From positions 8,122,001 through 8,186,000 of the forward strand of contig CM035354.1 of NCBI GenBank assembly GCA_020137815.1: a stretch of 64,000 bases of DNA, read 5' to 3'. Position 1 is the stretch's first letter. Every line of letters starts with the position of its first letter. Position numbers and translations under genes: made by a program. Below the pieces are notes generated by a model that was not told the origin of the DNA, did no database searches, and worked only from the letters and a program-made list of their open reading frames with translations. The stretch is from Hormiphora californensis. Its lineage: Eukaryota; Animalia; Ctenophora. Below are positions 1-11,255 of this stretch, piece after piece.

Positions 1-1209
1 AGACTGCAAGACACCTCGCTAGTACTTGTGGCCTGAGAGACAGCCCTTAGCATTGCTGATTTAGAGCGGCGTGTTGGCTGTGCTGGTTTGGCAGCTTGGG
101 TTGGTGTTGTGGATCTCGGTCGGGCTGTCTGGGTTCTCTTCTGTTTGGCCGATTTGTGATGCTCCTTGCTGGCGGTGGAGTGGATCTGTTTGTAGTAAGA
201 TTTCAGTAACTTGTTGTAGGTGTCTAACTGGGACTCTGAAAAAGGGGACGAAGTTTACAAAACTGTTTCACACCCTGGTTTGGAAATTTTTTTCCCTAGT
301 ATAGATCTTACTCGTTGCTTTGGCGAATGGTGTTTTTGGAGTTTCAGCCCCTCCGACGGGGAGAGACTGATACAAGTAAGCAGTCCCGTGTTGCTGGTAG
401 TCACTCTCCATTGTGGATCTCCCAGTGGGTGCCTCTAGCCGGGTGGCATACTCCAAACACGCTTGGGTGTGCGGCTGATGCTTCTGCAGTAGAGAGAGAG
501 AGATACACAGTTAGAGTAACCTACTATTAGTTCAGAATCTGGGCCCTGAATCTGCAATATGAAAATTGAAAATTCAACTTACCGCCCCATAGGTTTGCCA
601 TCGATGGTTTAGGGCCCGCTGTTGAGTGGCCGAGCTATTGAAGGTTTGATCCAAGCTGTTTTGTACACAGTTTCCCATCACTTCCCTGTCTACAATGGTC
701 ATAAAGTCGAGGGAAGCTCCCTTGCCCGCCGTCTCTGCCTGCCCTTCAAGAAGGTTGCTGAAACATTGGAAGTTAGTTGCTTGCCCTTTTTTCGATCTCC
801 GTGTCGTTAATAAGCGACTGTTTTGTACTTACATTGGCTCGGCTAGGGCACCAAAATGCCGATGGCCCTTGAGTGACATGGGTGGTAGTTTGGCACTGTA
901 CATTTCTTGTTTCATCTCACTACGGTTCTGATAGTTTGCTCCCCTCACCGGTACCTCATACACCGCTGTACCCCAAGTTCCCCTGTGGTTCTCCCACGCA
1001 TATTTCTTCCTAGTGGAGTATGGAGGTTATCATTGTGTCGGTTTTGGTTTAGAAAGGGTATTTGTATTGAAATTGGACACGGAGCTGTTTTACCTTTCTT
1101 GGCAATCCGCCCGGCGGGTATAGTTGGGTACCCTGGACATGGCATTGCTCGACCGGAACGTCCTGCTGTTGTAGGGTTGCTTCACGACGAGGGAGCTGGT
1201 AGTCTCCAT
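1..1209 (-). CDS. Uncharacterised spliced gene, divergent from the ciliary cluster; runs off the window; reading frame broken
   Basis: Intron signals on the minus strand (donor GTAAGT ~577-582, pyrimidine tract + AG ~485-500), coding-like composition and a candidate ATG at 1209. No continuous frame and no recognisable domain. Confidence 0.35.
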
Positions 1210-1528
1210 CGTAAAATCTTGAGTAGTTAAAATCCCGTTTTGTTGATGGAGCGTCAAACGGGGAAGGTCAAAATAAAATCACATAAACGGAGCTGCACGT
1301 GCAAAACGGGGTCACTATAAAACCCCTTAGTAACCAGGGGTTACATTGCACCATTCCTGAACAGAGGGACGTGGATTTAATGATCCTGGTTGCGTGTAAA
1401 ATGTACATTTTGGGAGTACATTTTTGGCAGTGTATTGGCACGCGCAAATCCATTGACGCGCGTAGTTTCATGAATCTGTGCGCGCGTTGAATATTCTCAA
1501 CTCGTCCGATGTCCATGTTTTGCGGAGG

Positions 1529-1542
1529 GTTGCTATGGCAGA
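1529..1542 (+). promoter_or_regulatory. RFX X-box-like motif GTTGCTATGGCAGA
   Basis: The first 12 nt fit the X-box consensus GTTRCYATGGYAAC and the last two do not. It lies ~150 bp upstream of the TMEM232 ATG in a divergent intergenic region. Confidence 0.45.
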
Positions 1543-1681
1543 GACCTTAGAAACATGATAGGCCAGCGCGCACTTTCTGCACACCTTGTGGATGTGTGAG
1601 CTACTGCTAAGTCTTTGTTATTAGTCCGTGCTTGCTCTGATTGTCTTCCCACGTTGCTACAGATTTTAGACCTGCCTCAGA

Positions 1682-3576
1682 ATGCCTGTGGACAAGGTGA
1701 AGGTTCAGCACAAGTTCGGGATTATATCTCACAACCACCGGCAAAACTTGTTGGATCGAATTTCGGTACCTCCATCACCAGTGGGTTTCACAAAACGGCA
1801 ACTTCCATGTGAGATTACCCACGAATTCATCGACTCGTATAACAACTCCCACCCACTTGATCGGAAGCAGTTAGATGTTTTGGCATCACAGTTGTTACTC
1901 CGTGTGAAACGGCGCTCTGGACTATTGAGCGGTGGTATCGGCAAGCACGTTCACATTCCCCGGTCCTGGGTCGAGTTAACTCTTCTCGCTAGATGCCAAG
2001 GACCTTTCCGAGAGCAGGTGCTAGAAGTTCTTCTTGCCTCTCTTATGGTGGCTCCCCCATCCATAGACAATATTCCCTCTCTTTTCCTACTCAGTGAGAC
2101 AGTCGTAGAATGGATTAAGCAACTCGGCAACCCCGTCCCTGAGACAGCGTGGACGAAGGTTCAGATACTAATTCTGTACATTGCGGAACTATGTTTCTGG
2201 AGGATCTACTATCACTCCTTATTGCATCATTTACAAGGCTGCGACTCCTTCCTCTCAGATCTTAGTTGGCACATTGAAAACATGGACTTTGTAAGAAAGG
2301 CTTATTTCAAGTTCCCTGATGGAGAGATGCTGTTACGGCAGATGGAACAGGTGAAACTGATTATCAGTGAGATATTTGAAAAGAAAACAGAAAGCAAATC
2401 TTCAGAAATTACAGCAGGTCTGATGCACGGACTAGATTTCTTCAACTCCATCCGGGCTGGCGGGGACTCAACCCAAACCCTCAGTTCCCTGCTCACCACT
2501 CTCTCCTTACTGGGAACTGAAGGCACTCTCCCAACATTGTCTAACTTGGCAACTACTAACAAACATAGCATGTAGAGATGTCCTCTCTCTTACAGATTAT
2601 CCAGGCAGCAGGGACGGGAACCCTGCCCCTTCAGGAGGGACAGGGGGTGTGTCACCAACACGTTCACACTCTGGCCATGGAACTGTGCTGTTGAGTTTGT
2701 AGAACTCCTCCTGGCAGTAGCAATGAGGGGCTAGAACTAGTGAGATTCAGAGGAGTGCAATCAAGGCTGGTGAGATGAGTGCTGTGAGGGTTGATGGGAG
2801 GCCTGTATTGGGTATTGGGTTGTTAGATCCTGGTTGGGATGAGTGGTAAACTATCCCCATGCAGTCCAGTATTCCTCTCCAGCAGGCTCTAGCACGACTT
2901 CACATCCACGTCTCTAACGATCCCCTGAGAAAGAGTGCCACTCACCTGATCTGGTCAGCTCTCCAGGGACTTAAACAGGCTGCCCAGTCACCGAGTTGTA
3001 GTGGGTATAGCACAGAACAAGAGCGCTAGTTCAGAGGCCGCCCGAGCTACATATCTCCCCTGGTTCTAAACTTGTGTTTGAGCAGATGTTCGAGGCCCTA
3101 TCTGATCACTTCCTTCCCTGCTTCAGTAACAACATCCACAACTACAGCCCCTACTACAGCCTACTCGACTCCTCGGAAGACACCCCGTACCAAACGAACT
3201 GGATCATCAACCACCCCACCTAAACACAATCCCGTCCCGGCTACTACTTCAAATACATCCAAACTCAGTGTTGAGCTTGACCCAGGGTGCCTCAGTAGAA
3301 ATTGAGACCACCTCCACCCAGAAACTGTTTACCAAGCCCCCATTTGAGCCGTACAGAGAACGAAACAACAAGATTCTACAGGACATTGTTACTGACCAAT
3401 GGTATAAGGAGCTGATGAATGTGTTTAGAGCCTCAGAGAAGGCCCACCAGTCGGTGGAGGAGTGTGATGAATACTCAGTTGCAGAGAAGACTTATGCCCA
3501 ACATTTTGTGGAGGATGTCGATCTAACTAAGAGCGATGTGTGTGTTACCATGGACAGACTTGTTGTTAATGAATAA
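1682..3576 (+). CDS. TMEM232: TMEM232-like sperm/ciliary protein (frameshifted after ~2575)
   Basis: MPVDKVKVQHKFGIIS start and HVHIPRSWVELTLLARCQG...LLASL...IPSLFLLSETV...FWRIYYHSLLHHL closely resemble vertebrate TMEM232. A C-terminal ORF lies at 3268-3576. Confidence 0.75.
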
Positions 3577-3680
3577 TAATTGTTGTTATCTAGTTAATTG
3601 ATGTTTTAGAAAGTGAGCTATGATATCTTTGTTACCACTTTGTAACCTCTCTCCTTCCCTTCTCTAGCACCCCACATCTC

Positions 3681-4399
3681 ATGGACTTCTGTGCTTGGAA
3701 GAAGCACCCTCTGGAGGGGACTCCTTCGCTGAGTTCGCCACTTATGAAGACTTCCTGAACTCCCAGATCACCTGCTATGGATCTGTACTATCTAGGAGGA
3801 TGAGGAACTAGCCCGGCAACTTGTCGAGCTGGGTTATCGAGGTAGCGGTGAGGTATTGAAAAGGGAGGAGTTTGAGGCTAGGAAACAGCTTGCTGAGGCT
3901 AGTAGGTTGTCCAAGAGAAGTCAGAAGAAAAGTCTGGCTGGTGCTGGCAAGGATCTTAACTCCATGCCGTTCCTAGAAGCCCTGGCAAAACGAGAGGAGG
4001 CTAACAAAACCGGCAAGATGACCTCTATCATTTTCATCCGGGACAAGAATGCCAGGGGCCAGGAGATTTCCGGCTACATTGACTACGCCCACCGACTAAA
4101 AACAGAGGATTTCGAGCCATACTTCAACGGAAAGAAGCGACTGTTGCCTAAATTATCTGACCTCAGTTTCTACAACTGGGAAACTCAGAAGAGCACATCC
4201 AACGCGACACCCAACTATCAGGTCATTGCTGACAACGCATCAGGATTACTTTTCAAGAACAAGCGAGATAGGAAGATAGTGAATGTAGATCCTAAAGCGT
4301 CCCGACCCGGTGATAACTTCTACAAGGGTACCCATCGCCAGTTCAGGGCAATACACACAAGTTGTCATTTACGATCACATCACCCGACGAAAAACGTGA
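3681..4399 (+). CDS. CFAP299: Cilia- and flagella-associated protein 299 (C4orf22/DUF4464)
   Basis: [96 protein letters not shown] and C-terminal YDHITRRKT*. Several 1-bp insertions. Confidence 0.92.
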
Positions 4400-4621
4400 G
4401 AACTTTTTTGTGCAACCACTCAGAAATATTCCATGAGAGAGATTTCAGAGATATTGAAGACACTTGAATGTTGGACTTATGTGCCGAGTTTAGTTTTGAA
4501 ATAATTGTTGAATTTACACCACGTATGTTACTAAGTGTCTGATTTTACGCACGTGTTTTTGCTATTCACCCCGACCCTACTACCCCCACTAACTCTTCTC
4601 CCGTCTTCCTATCTAGGCCAA

Positions 4622-5641
4622 ATGGGTGATAAGGGTAGGCCTCGATCCAAGACGGGCCGGAGTCCCTAGTAGTAATAACTTGAGACGTTCAGCGAGTAAG
4701 ACAGAGAGTAACTCGGATCCAATCGAGCGAGTGGAGACGCCTGTGGAAAACATAATACCATGGGATGTCTTCACTTCAGAACAAATTCAGTAAGTGTCAT
4801 TTTAGCTCGATTTAGATGAACTTCTCTGTGTCCTCTCCCCTCTTTTTACTAACCTCAGTATCCCCTTCCCAGGTCACTTCTGTCCCTGACGCCCCCTGAC
4901 GCCCTTTCTAAACTGTGTGAACTGATCCCTGCAGCAGACACCCACATCAACCTTCGTAACTCCATCACAGCAGATACATATCTCTTCTTACTACACTTTG
5001 CAAATCAGAACAAACTGAACGAAACTAAAACTGGAGCCCTTATAACCCTCTTCAAACACCTTCTATCCATGATCAAGGATGGGAAATCTCTAATAGACAT
5101 TGTCATGGAGAGCTCCCAGCTTCTCACATGTCAGAAAGATTTCCATCCAAAGATGAAATTTGATTTCTTCTCCAAAGATGAAGTTCTGGCTGTAACTGAG
5201 TACCTGAAGAGTACGGTGTTTCAGCAATTCAAGCTCTACAGGTTTACACTGCTTCAGGAGCAAGAGGAGACAATCATTAGTCTTGAAAAGATCGTCAATA
5301 CCTGTCCACCCATGGGCTCCTTCGATCCTCCACCCCTGGCAGAGGCCATCTCTGAGCACGATATCGAGGTTTATCTGAACGCCCCTCCCCCTGAGAGTGA
5401 GAAAGAGGAAGAGGAGGGTGAGGGTGAGGAGGGGGCAGGAGAAGAGGGGGCAGTGGAGGATAACGGTGAGGGGGCTGCACCAACAACTCCAGTAATATCC
5501 ATGAAGAATGTCCAGACTGTCCTCGATACTGTAGGTGGAGAGATGTTGGACAAGCTAGCCAAGGACATGAGCAACAAATGTGCAGAGAAGGAGAGTCAAT
5601 ACATGAATAGGCTAAATAAGGTTAAGAAATCACTGGACTGA
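4622..5641 (+). CDS. CABCOCO1: Ciliary-associated calcium-binding coiled-coil protein 1 (C1a-32/CLAMP family), 2 exons
   Basis: Exons 4622-4789 and 4873-5641. VTEYLKSTVFQQFKLYRFTL..QEETIIS...PPPLAEAI, an acidic linker, and C-terminal VQTVLDTV...YMNRLNKVKK match the CABCOCO1 layout. Confidence 0.8.
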
Positions 5642-5884
5642 GCTGTGAGGGGTTACTCCCCTATTTTTATAGTGAGTGCTGTGTACGTTAGTAGCTGAAT
5701 TTGTTTTGTAATTTTATTTATTTTAATGGAAATAGCCTGTACATTATATCAGCCAACTACCATTGCCAACCCCTCTCTATTTCAACTTTCTTCCCCTATA
5801 ATCCCAACTACTGACCAGTCTCCAACCCCCCACTACTAACCACCCCTGATCCAGTGTGTAGTATGTTAATCCTGGTAGGAGAGG

Positions 5885-8800
5885 ATGGTTGAGACAGCAG
5901 TACACCCGGAAGTGAGACTTCCGGCCCAGTTCCGCTCCAATGCAGAGGTTAAATTCATGAACAGCATGAGCAGGCCCAAGAAGGTGATTTGCATGATGAT
6001 AATTAATTGCATGATCTGATTCTGTGATTAGTGATGTTGCACTGCATGTTCTGCTTGAAGAAGTGATTGAATTTTTTGTAACCCCTTTCTAATTCCGTTC
6101 TTCAGAAAAGTGTAGTGAAGGCAGGTCGGATCCCAATCATCCAGGCTGAGCACAGTAAATCCAAGTGGCCCGCTGGTAATCCAACTGATATCAAACACGC
6201 CCACGAAGAGGAGAACTTTGAACAAGCAAGGAATGAGTCACACTACGCTAGCAAGGTAGCTAAACCATTTTTAGCTCTATCACCGGTCCTTGGCTTCGAT
6301 TTTGAGCTCTATTGAACTCTTGAGCACCCGCCCTTTGCTCTCCGCGTGTAGGCAAATGGCACGTTTGATTGTTCACGGGGCAGTGAATGCTTGCCAGTCA
6401 CTCAGCATCTTACACACAAACATGCACGATTCCGAGAACAGCACTAAACATATCCCAAAGCATTCTTATCCTTCCAAACTTCCCAACTCTCCCTCACCCC
6501 CACCCCATACATCTTCACCACCCCTCACCCCTTCTGTCCCCTACCAGGAAGTAGAGCGACTGCAGGATGACATCAGGTCAGGTGAGGCTCCCAAGAGTGA
6601 CATCATAGAGAGGATAACAGAGAGTAGACACCAGCGACACAAACAAGCACTAGAGGATCTTCATGAGGAGCTGGGACACCTCAACAAGACTATCGATCCT
6701 CAGGTATATTAATTATTGTAGTTTGTAGCTTGTATTTCCCTTCCGACCTCTCATAAAAGCAGAGATGGGAGATTGAAAGTTGTTACAAATTTAGTTGTCC
6801 CGTCAGTTCTTATCCAAATTTACCGACCGCTAACGCCCCTCTCAACCAGGTCTACCACCACTTGGAAGCGTGTGGAGAACAGACAGGATGGATTCTCTCT
6901 GAGCTCCAGATCCTATTCTCATCCATCCAACATGACCCCATTCTCTACTCCTACCCCCTGAAGCAACTGGAGGCAATGTGGGATGATATGGTGAAACTGT
7001 TACAAAAACGCAGTAACCTGATCTTGGAGTTACGTGATCAGATCCGACAGAGTGAGCACGAGAGAAAGGATCACATATCAGATCTGTTCAAGTACTATAG
7101 CGACCAGTTCCATAACATTGCCTACCTCTCCACTGATGAAATTAACGTGCTGATGGATAAGGAGGTATATGCTGCAAACAGGCTCCTGTTGTGCAACTAC
7201 AAACGATACGCTGAGATCATATCACAGCTACAACTAGAGAACGTGACGAGATTGAGGCAGATGAGGGGTAAATGGGAGGAGAGACTGGCTACATGGCGGG
7301 ACCTCCACATCACCAACACTCGAGACAAGTTTGTAGCATTCATGGAGACTCCTGCTATAACTGAGTGTCCTGACATCCAGGCCATTGTACAGAGAATGGA
7401 GAAGGAGAAGGCGTGTTTTATGGAGAGGGGCGAGACTAAGATGAAGGGTGTATTGAAACTACAACCACCCAACATCAACACCCAGAAAGTTCTCTCTTGG
7501 TACGAGGATGTATGTCAACTAGTGTTGAAAATAGAGAACACCCACAGGCAGTACATGGCCCAACTGGAAGGAAAGGGGAACTGGATAGTAGCTGACTGTA
7601 TTGGTGTTGCTGATGAGATGTTAGCTACCCTTCAAACAGAGGGAGTTAGCTCTGCGGAGGAAGTTGCCACACTCAAGGAAACTGAGTTGTTACCCCTGAT
7701 CGAGCAATGGAGGGAGAACCATCTAGCGGCCATCTTGGAATGTGAGAAGGAGTTCACGGAGGGTTCAGCAGATTTCAATGCAAACCTGCACGTGCTGTAC
7801 GAGTTCCATCAGAAGAGTGCCGAGATATGGATGGAGTATACCACTCAGATGACAGCAAAAGAGGGTGATCTGGTAGGGTTGATGAAGGAGTGCCGCTCTA
7901 AACACGATGAGATAAACCAGGGGTTGGAGAGTGCTCTGGACATGGAGATGGACAAGATGAGACAGGACACTAACGAGGCTGAACTGGCAAGAAATCTAGA
8001 GAAATCTGTTGAGAGTTTGAAGGAGATAGCATCAGCTTACAATGCCTTCAAGGATGAGTTAGGAGAGGTAATTGAGAAGTATCCAGACATGATATCTGTA
8101 GAGCTGGACAGGTATTCCATCAACATCAGGAGACACCTGGGGCAGGTCATTGAAGAAGAACAACCTGTCGAGAAGGAGGAGGAGGTGGACCCGAGAAGGA
8201 GGAGGGGAGCCCAGAGGAGGATATGGGTATTACTGATCCTAAAACAGAAGAAAAGGTAGATGAGCCATCTACAGAGAAGGAGGGAGATACAACTTTCCTA
8301 ACTGAGGTCCCTGCCCCACCTCCCATCCCTACCTACTCCGACCCCGAGTTTAGTGCCATTCAAGAGGAGTTGGTCACTATACTCTTGGACCACCTAGCTC
8401 TCCTGAAAGATCAAGTTATGGAGGATGCAAGTCAGGGTGTTGAAGAGAAGTTGAGTGAGTTGAAGAGCGAGATAGAACTCAGGCACCACATCCACGCGCC
8501 TCGACCCATGCGAATGAAACTTGACATCTACAATGTTCGACTGAATGAGCTGAAGGGTCACGATGAGAGGGTCAAGCAGCATTCCGCTGGAGTCGCTCTG
8601 GAGATAGCGACACTAAAAGGACAATTCAAAGATAAGGGAGCTGAACATGCTGCTCTTAGTAGCAAGTTTAAAAAGATGGTAGAGAAATGTGAGAATGTCC
8701 TGCCAACCCTAGAGAAGAGTGCACAGCTGAGCTCTCTGCAACAAAAGGTAGCATCAGCATGTGAGGAACATGTTAACCTGATCAAGACGGAGCTAGCATC

Positions 8801-10715
8801 ATTCCGGAACAGCATGGAGGAGAAACTAAATGACCTCAGAGAGAGTAACCAACACTTTGGTCTTGCTTTTAAACCCTTCGCGGAGGGTGGTAACTTTGGT
8901 CCGGAAGAGATTAGAGAAGTACAGGAAGAAGTTGGAGAAGTGTAACCTGAAGATAGACAACTGTGAGACGTTCATCCTCACTGAAGCTAGATGGGATGGA
9001 GACCAAGTGTCTAGAGGGGGCTGCAGAGATATCAGCCAGTTTCGAGGCCAGGCTGAAGATGTACATTCTAGGATGTTGCATTCCACGAGAAGGTCAATAG
9101 TTGGATGTCTAACTTGTCAGGTGAAGATAAAGACAGAGGTGGCAGGCGTGTAACATGATGTCAAAGAATCTGAAGCACAGAATTGAGAAGTTGAAAACTC
9201 TGATTGACAGTTGTGCTAGGCCCCACCCAGATAAACCAGTAGGTACGGCCGGTTGAGGTGATAGCTGTTATACCAGAGATATATGATCTCTTCCAGAAGC
9301 GAATCAACTACCTGGATTGCTCTAAGGCAGGGAGTGCTGCCACTGCCGCTGCCAGTACCACTGTCAAGATTGCACCTGAACAGACATCAGCTGTGACTGC
9401 TACCGGATCAGAGATTATTCAGCCTGAGTATGATATCCACAGCGTGGTGAATCTGACCAAGAACATCATGAACCTCACTAAGATAGCCAGGGAGTGGACT
9501 GGGCACTGTGAAGTGGGAGGTACTGGAGGGGCTGTAGAGAGGAAGAAAGCAGCACCAGCAGAACCACTATATGCCTGGTTTGTAGCTAGGCAGGAGAGGG
9601 AGAGGGTTGCAGTAGCCCCTACTAAACGGGGTAAGAGCAGGGGTGACACTGCAGAGAGGAAGACAAGGTTGGGTTCAGGCTCCTCTAGATCATCCCTGAT
9701 GTCCTCAGTACAGACCGATGTGCACTCCTTCATGCCTCTAATTAAGAAGATCCTACAAGAGACCCAGGGGGCTCTGTTTCTGTCCAGTGAGACGTACTAT
9801 TCCCAGTGTACAGGTGGACCACCCCAACGTCCTGACATTGCTGACACTATTGAACTGTGTATGGAGGGGTTAAACAAGCGTCTAAATGGGTACTACATTC
9901 AGGCAGATGACTACTTCAACAAATGTATCCAGGATCTCAGGGCCCTGCTCACAGAGTTCCTATCTCTACACCTGGAGATACCCCAACTGCTATTTAGTGA
10001 GATATTGGAGGGACACCTAACACGTGTCTCCCAGGCTACATCACTAATAAAACACGAGTTTGAACGGAACAAAGCCAAGATCCACGAGCAGAGAGAGTGT
10101 AACAAGACATCACTGAAGCCCATCTTGGGTCACCCCAACAATGAAGTAGACCTGAACAATCTGTGTATGAGGGAGGAGGATAGGGCGCTATACTCTAGTG
10201 ACACCCTCAAACAATATCTCAACGAGATGACCAACACAGAGACAGACATCGCTAAATCATTCGTCAACTCAGTCAATACCCAGACCACAGAGCTACTAGA
10301 TCTGTTTGATAAACTGATGACAACAGATGATGTAATAAAGGGGAAGACTGCAGAAAAGAAACTACCAACTACTGTCCTGCTAAAACAGGAGCTCAGAACT
10401 GGGGCTATAACAGGTGCTGCAGATGCCAGACTGACTAAAGATGGTAGATCCATTAGGTGTCTCAAGTTGTCTGACATCACAACAGGACGGAACTCGACTG
10501 ACAGTGGAGCTACTGTTACCACCAAGTTCACACCGGCCCACTCAGCTGCAGTAAAGGCCAGGGATGTGGTAGTCAAGGAGTTTTCTAACCGGTATTGTCA
10601 TGTGATTGAGGAGCTGGATCTAACATCCTCTAGATGGGTTGGGGATGAGGACAAATGGAGCAAACAGTGGGAGACTTCCATCGTGCATGTAAGAAATCTG
10701 TATAAACCAGCGTAG
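5885..10715 (+). CDS. CCDC180: Coiled-coil domain-containing protein 180 (DUF4455 + DUF4456)
   Basis: In-frame exons 5885-5983, 6106-6254, 6548-6703 and 6850-10715 (frameshifts ~8240, ~8930, ~9150-9250). Motifs ESRHQRHKQAL, RHHIHAPRPMRMKLDIYNVRLNEL, FAEGGNFGPEEI and LKPILGHPNN. Confidence 0.85.
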
Positions 10716-11255
10716 AAACTATTTGAGATTGTAGTGAGGGGAAATTGGGGTAAATTATTTAGTGATCTAGGAGGGAGGGGTTTTTATTTGTTTTTTGTTT
10801 CAGTGTCCAGCACAGTTCACACACACATCACAACCACACACTTTCATTTCAGAATGCCAACCTGCCCATTCGAGATTTCTTCATCCACGCCTTTCAAAGA
10901 CTCTACTTCTATAATAGCAACTACCACGATTAACACTCACACACTCAATTATTAGTTTTACCACCCTTTAGATTTTACCGAAAATATTTTAGCACCGGAG
11001 TTTTATTACACACATATTTTATGAGAACGGGTTTTTCATTTTAAAAAGTTCACGGTTGTGTGTGTCTTGAAGACATTTTATGTTTTAGATGTGTTGAAAT
11101 TTTATACAAAGTTTTACAAAACTGAACCCAGCCTATGATTTGCCAACCTTTTGGGTTTTACCCTCCCCAACTCACCTACCTAACCCCGCTGTGACCATAT
11201 TAGGGCAATAATCCTCAACTAACCTCGTTGTGACCATATTAGGGCAGCACATGTA

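Noticed and set aside
5990-6100. Box C/D snoRNA (ATGATGA...CTGA) in a CCDC180 intron
   Set aside because: The boxes are too close together, with no terminal stem or recognisable guide sequence.
2575-9260. Pseudogene or programmed-frameshift reading of the TMEM232, CFAP299 and CCDC180 breaks
   Set aside because: Scattered 1-bp indels in otherwise well-conserved coding sequence look like long-read consensus errors; reads are needed to confirm.
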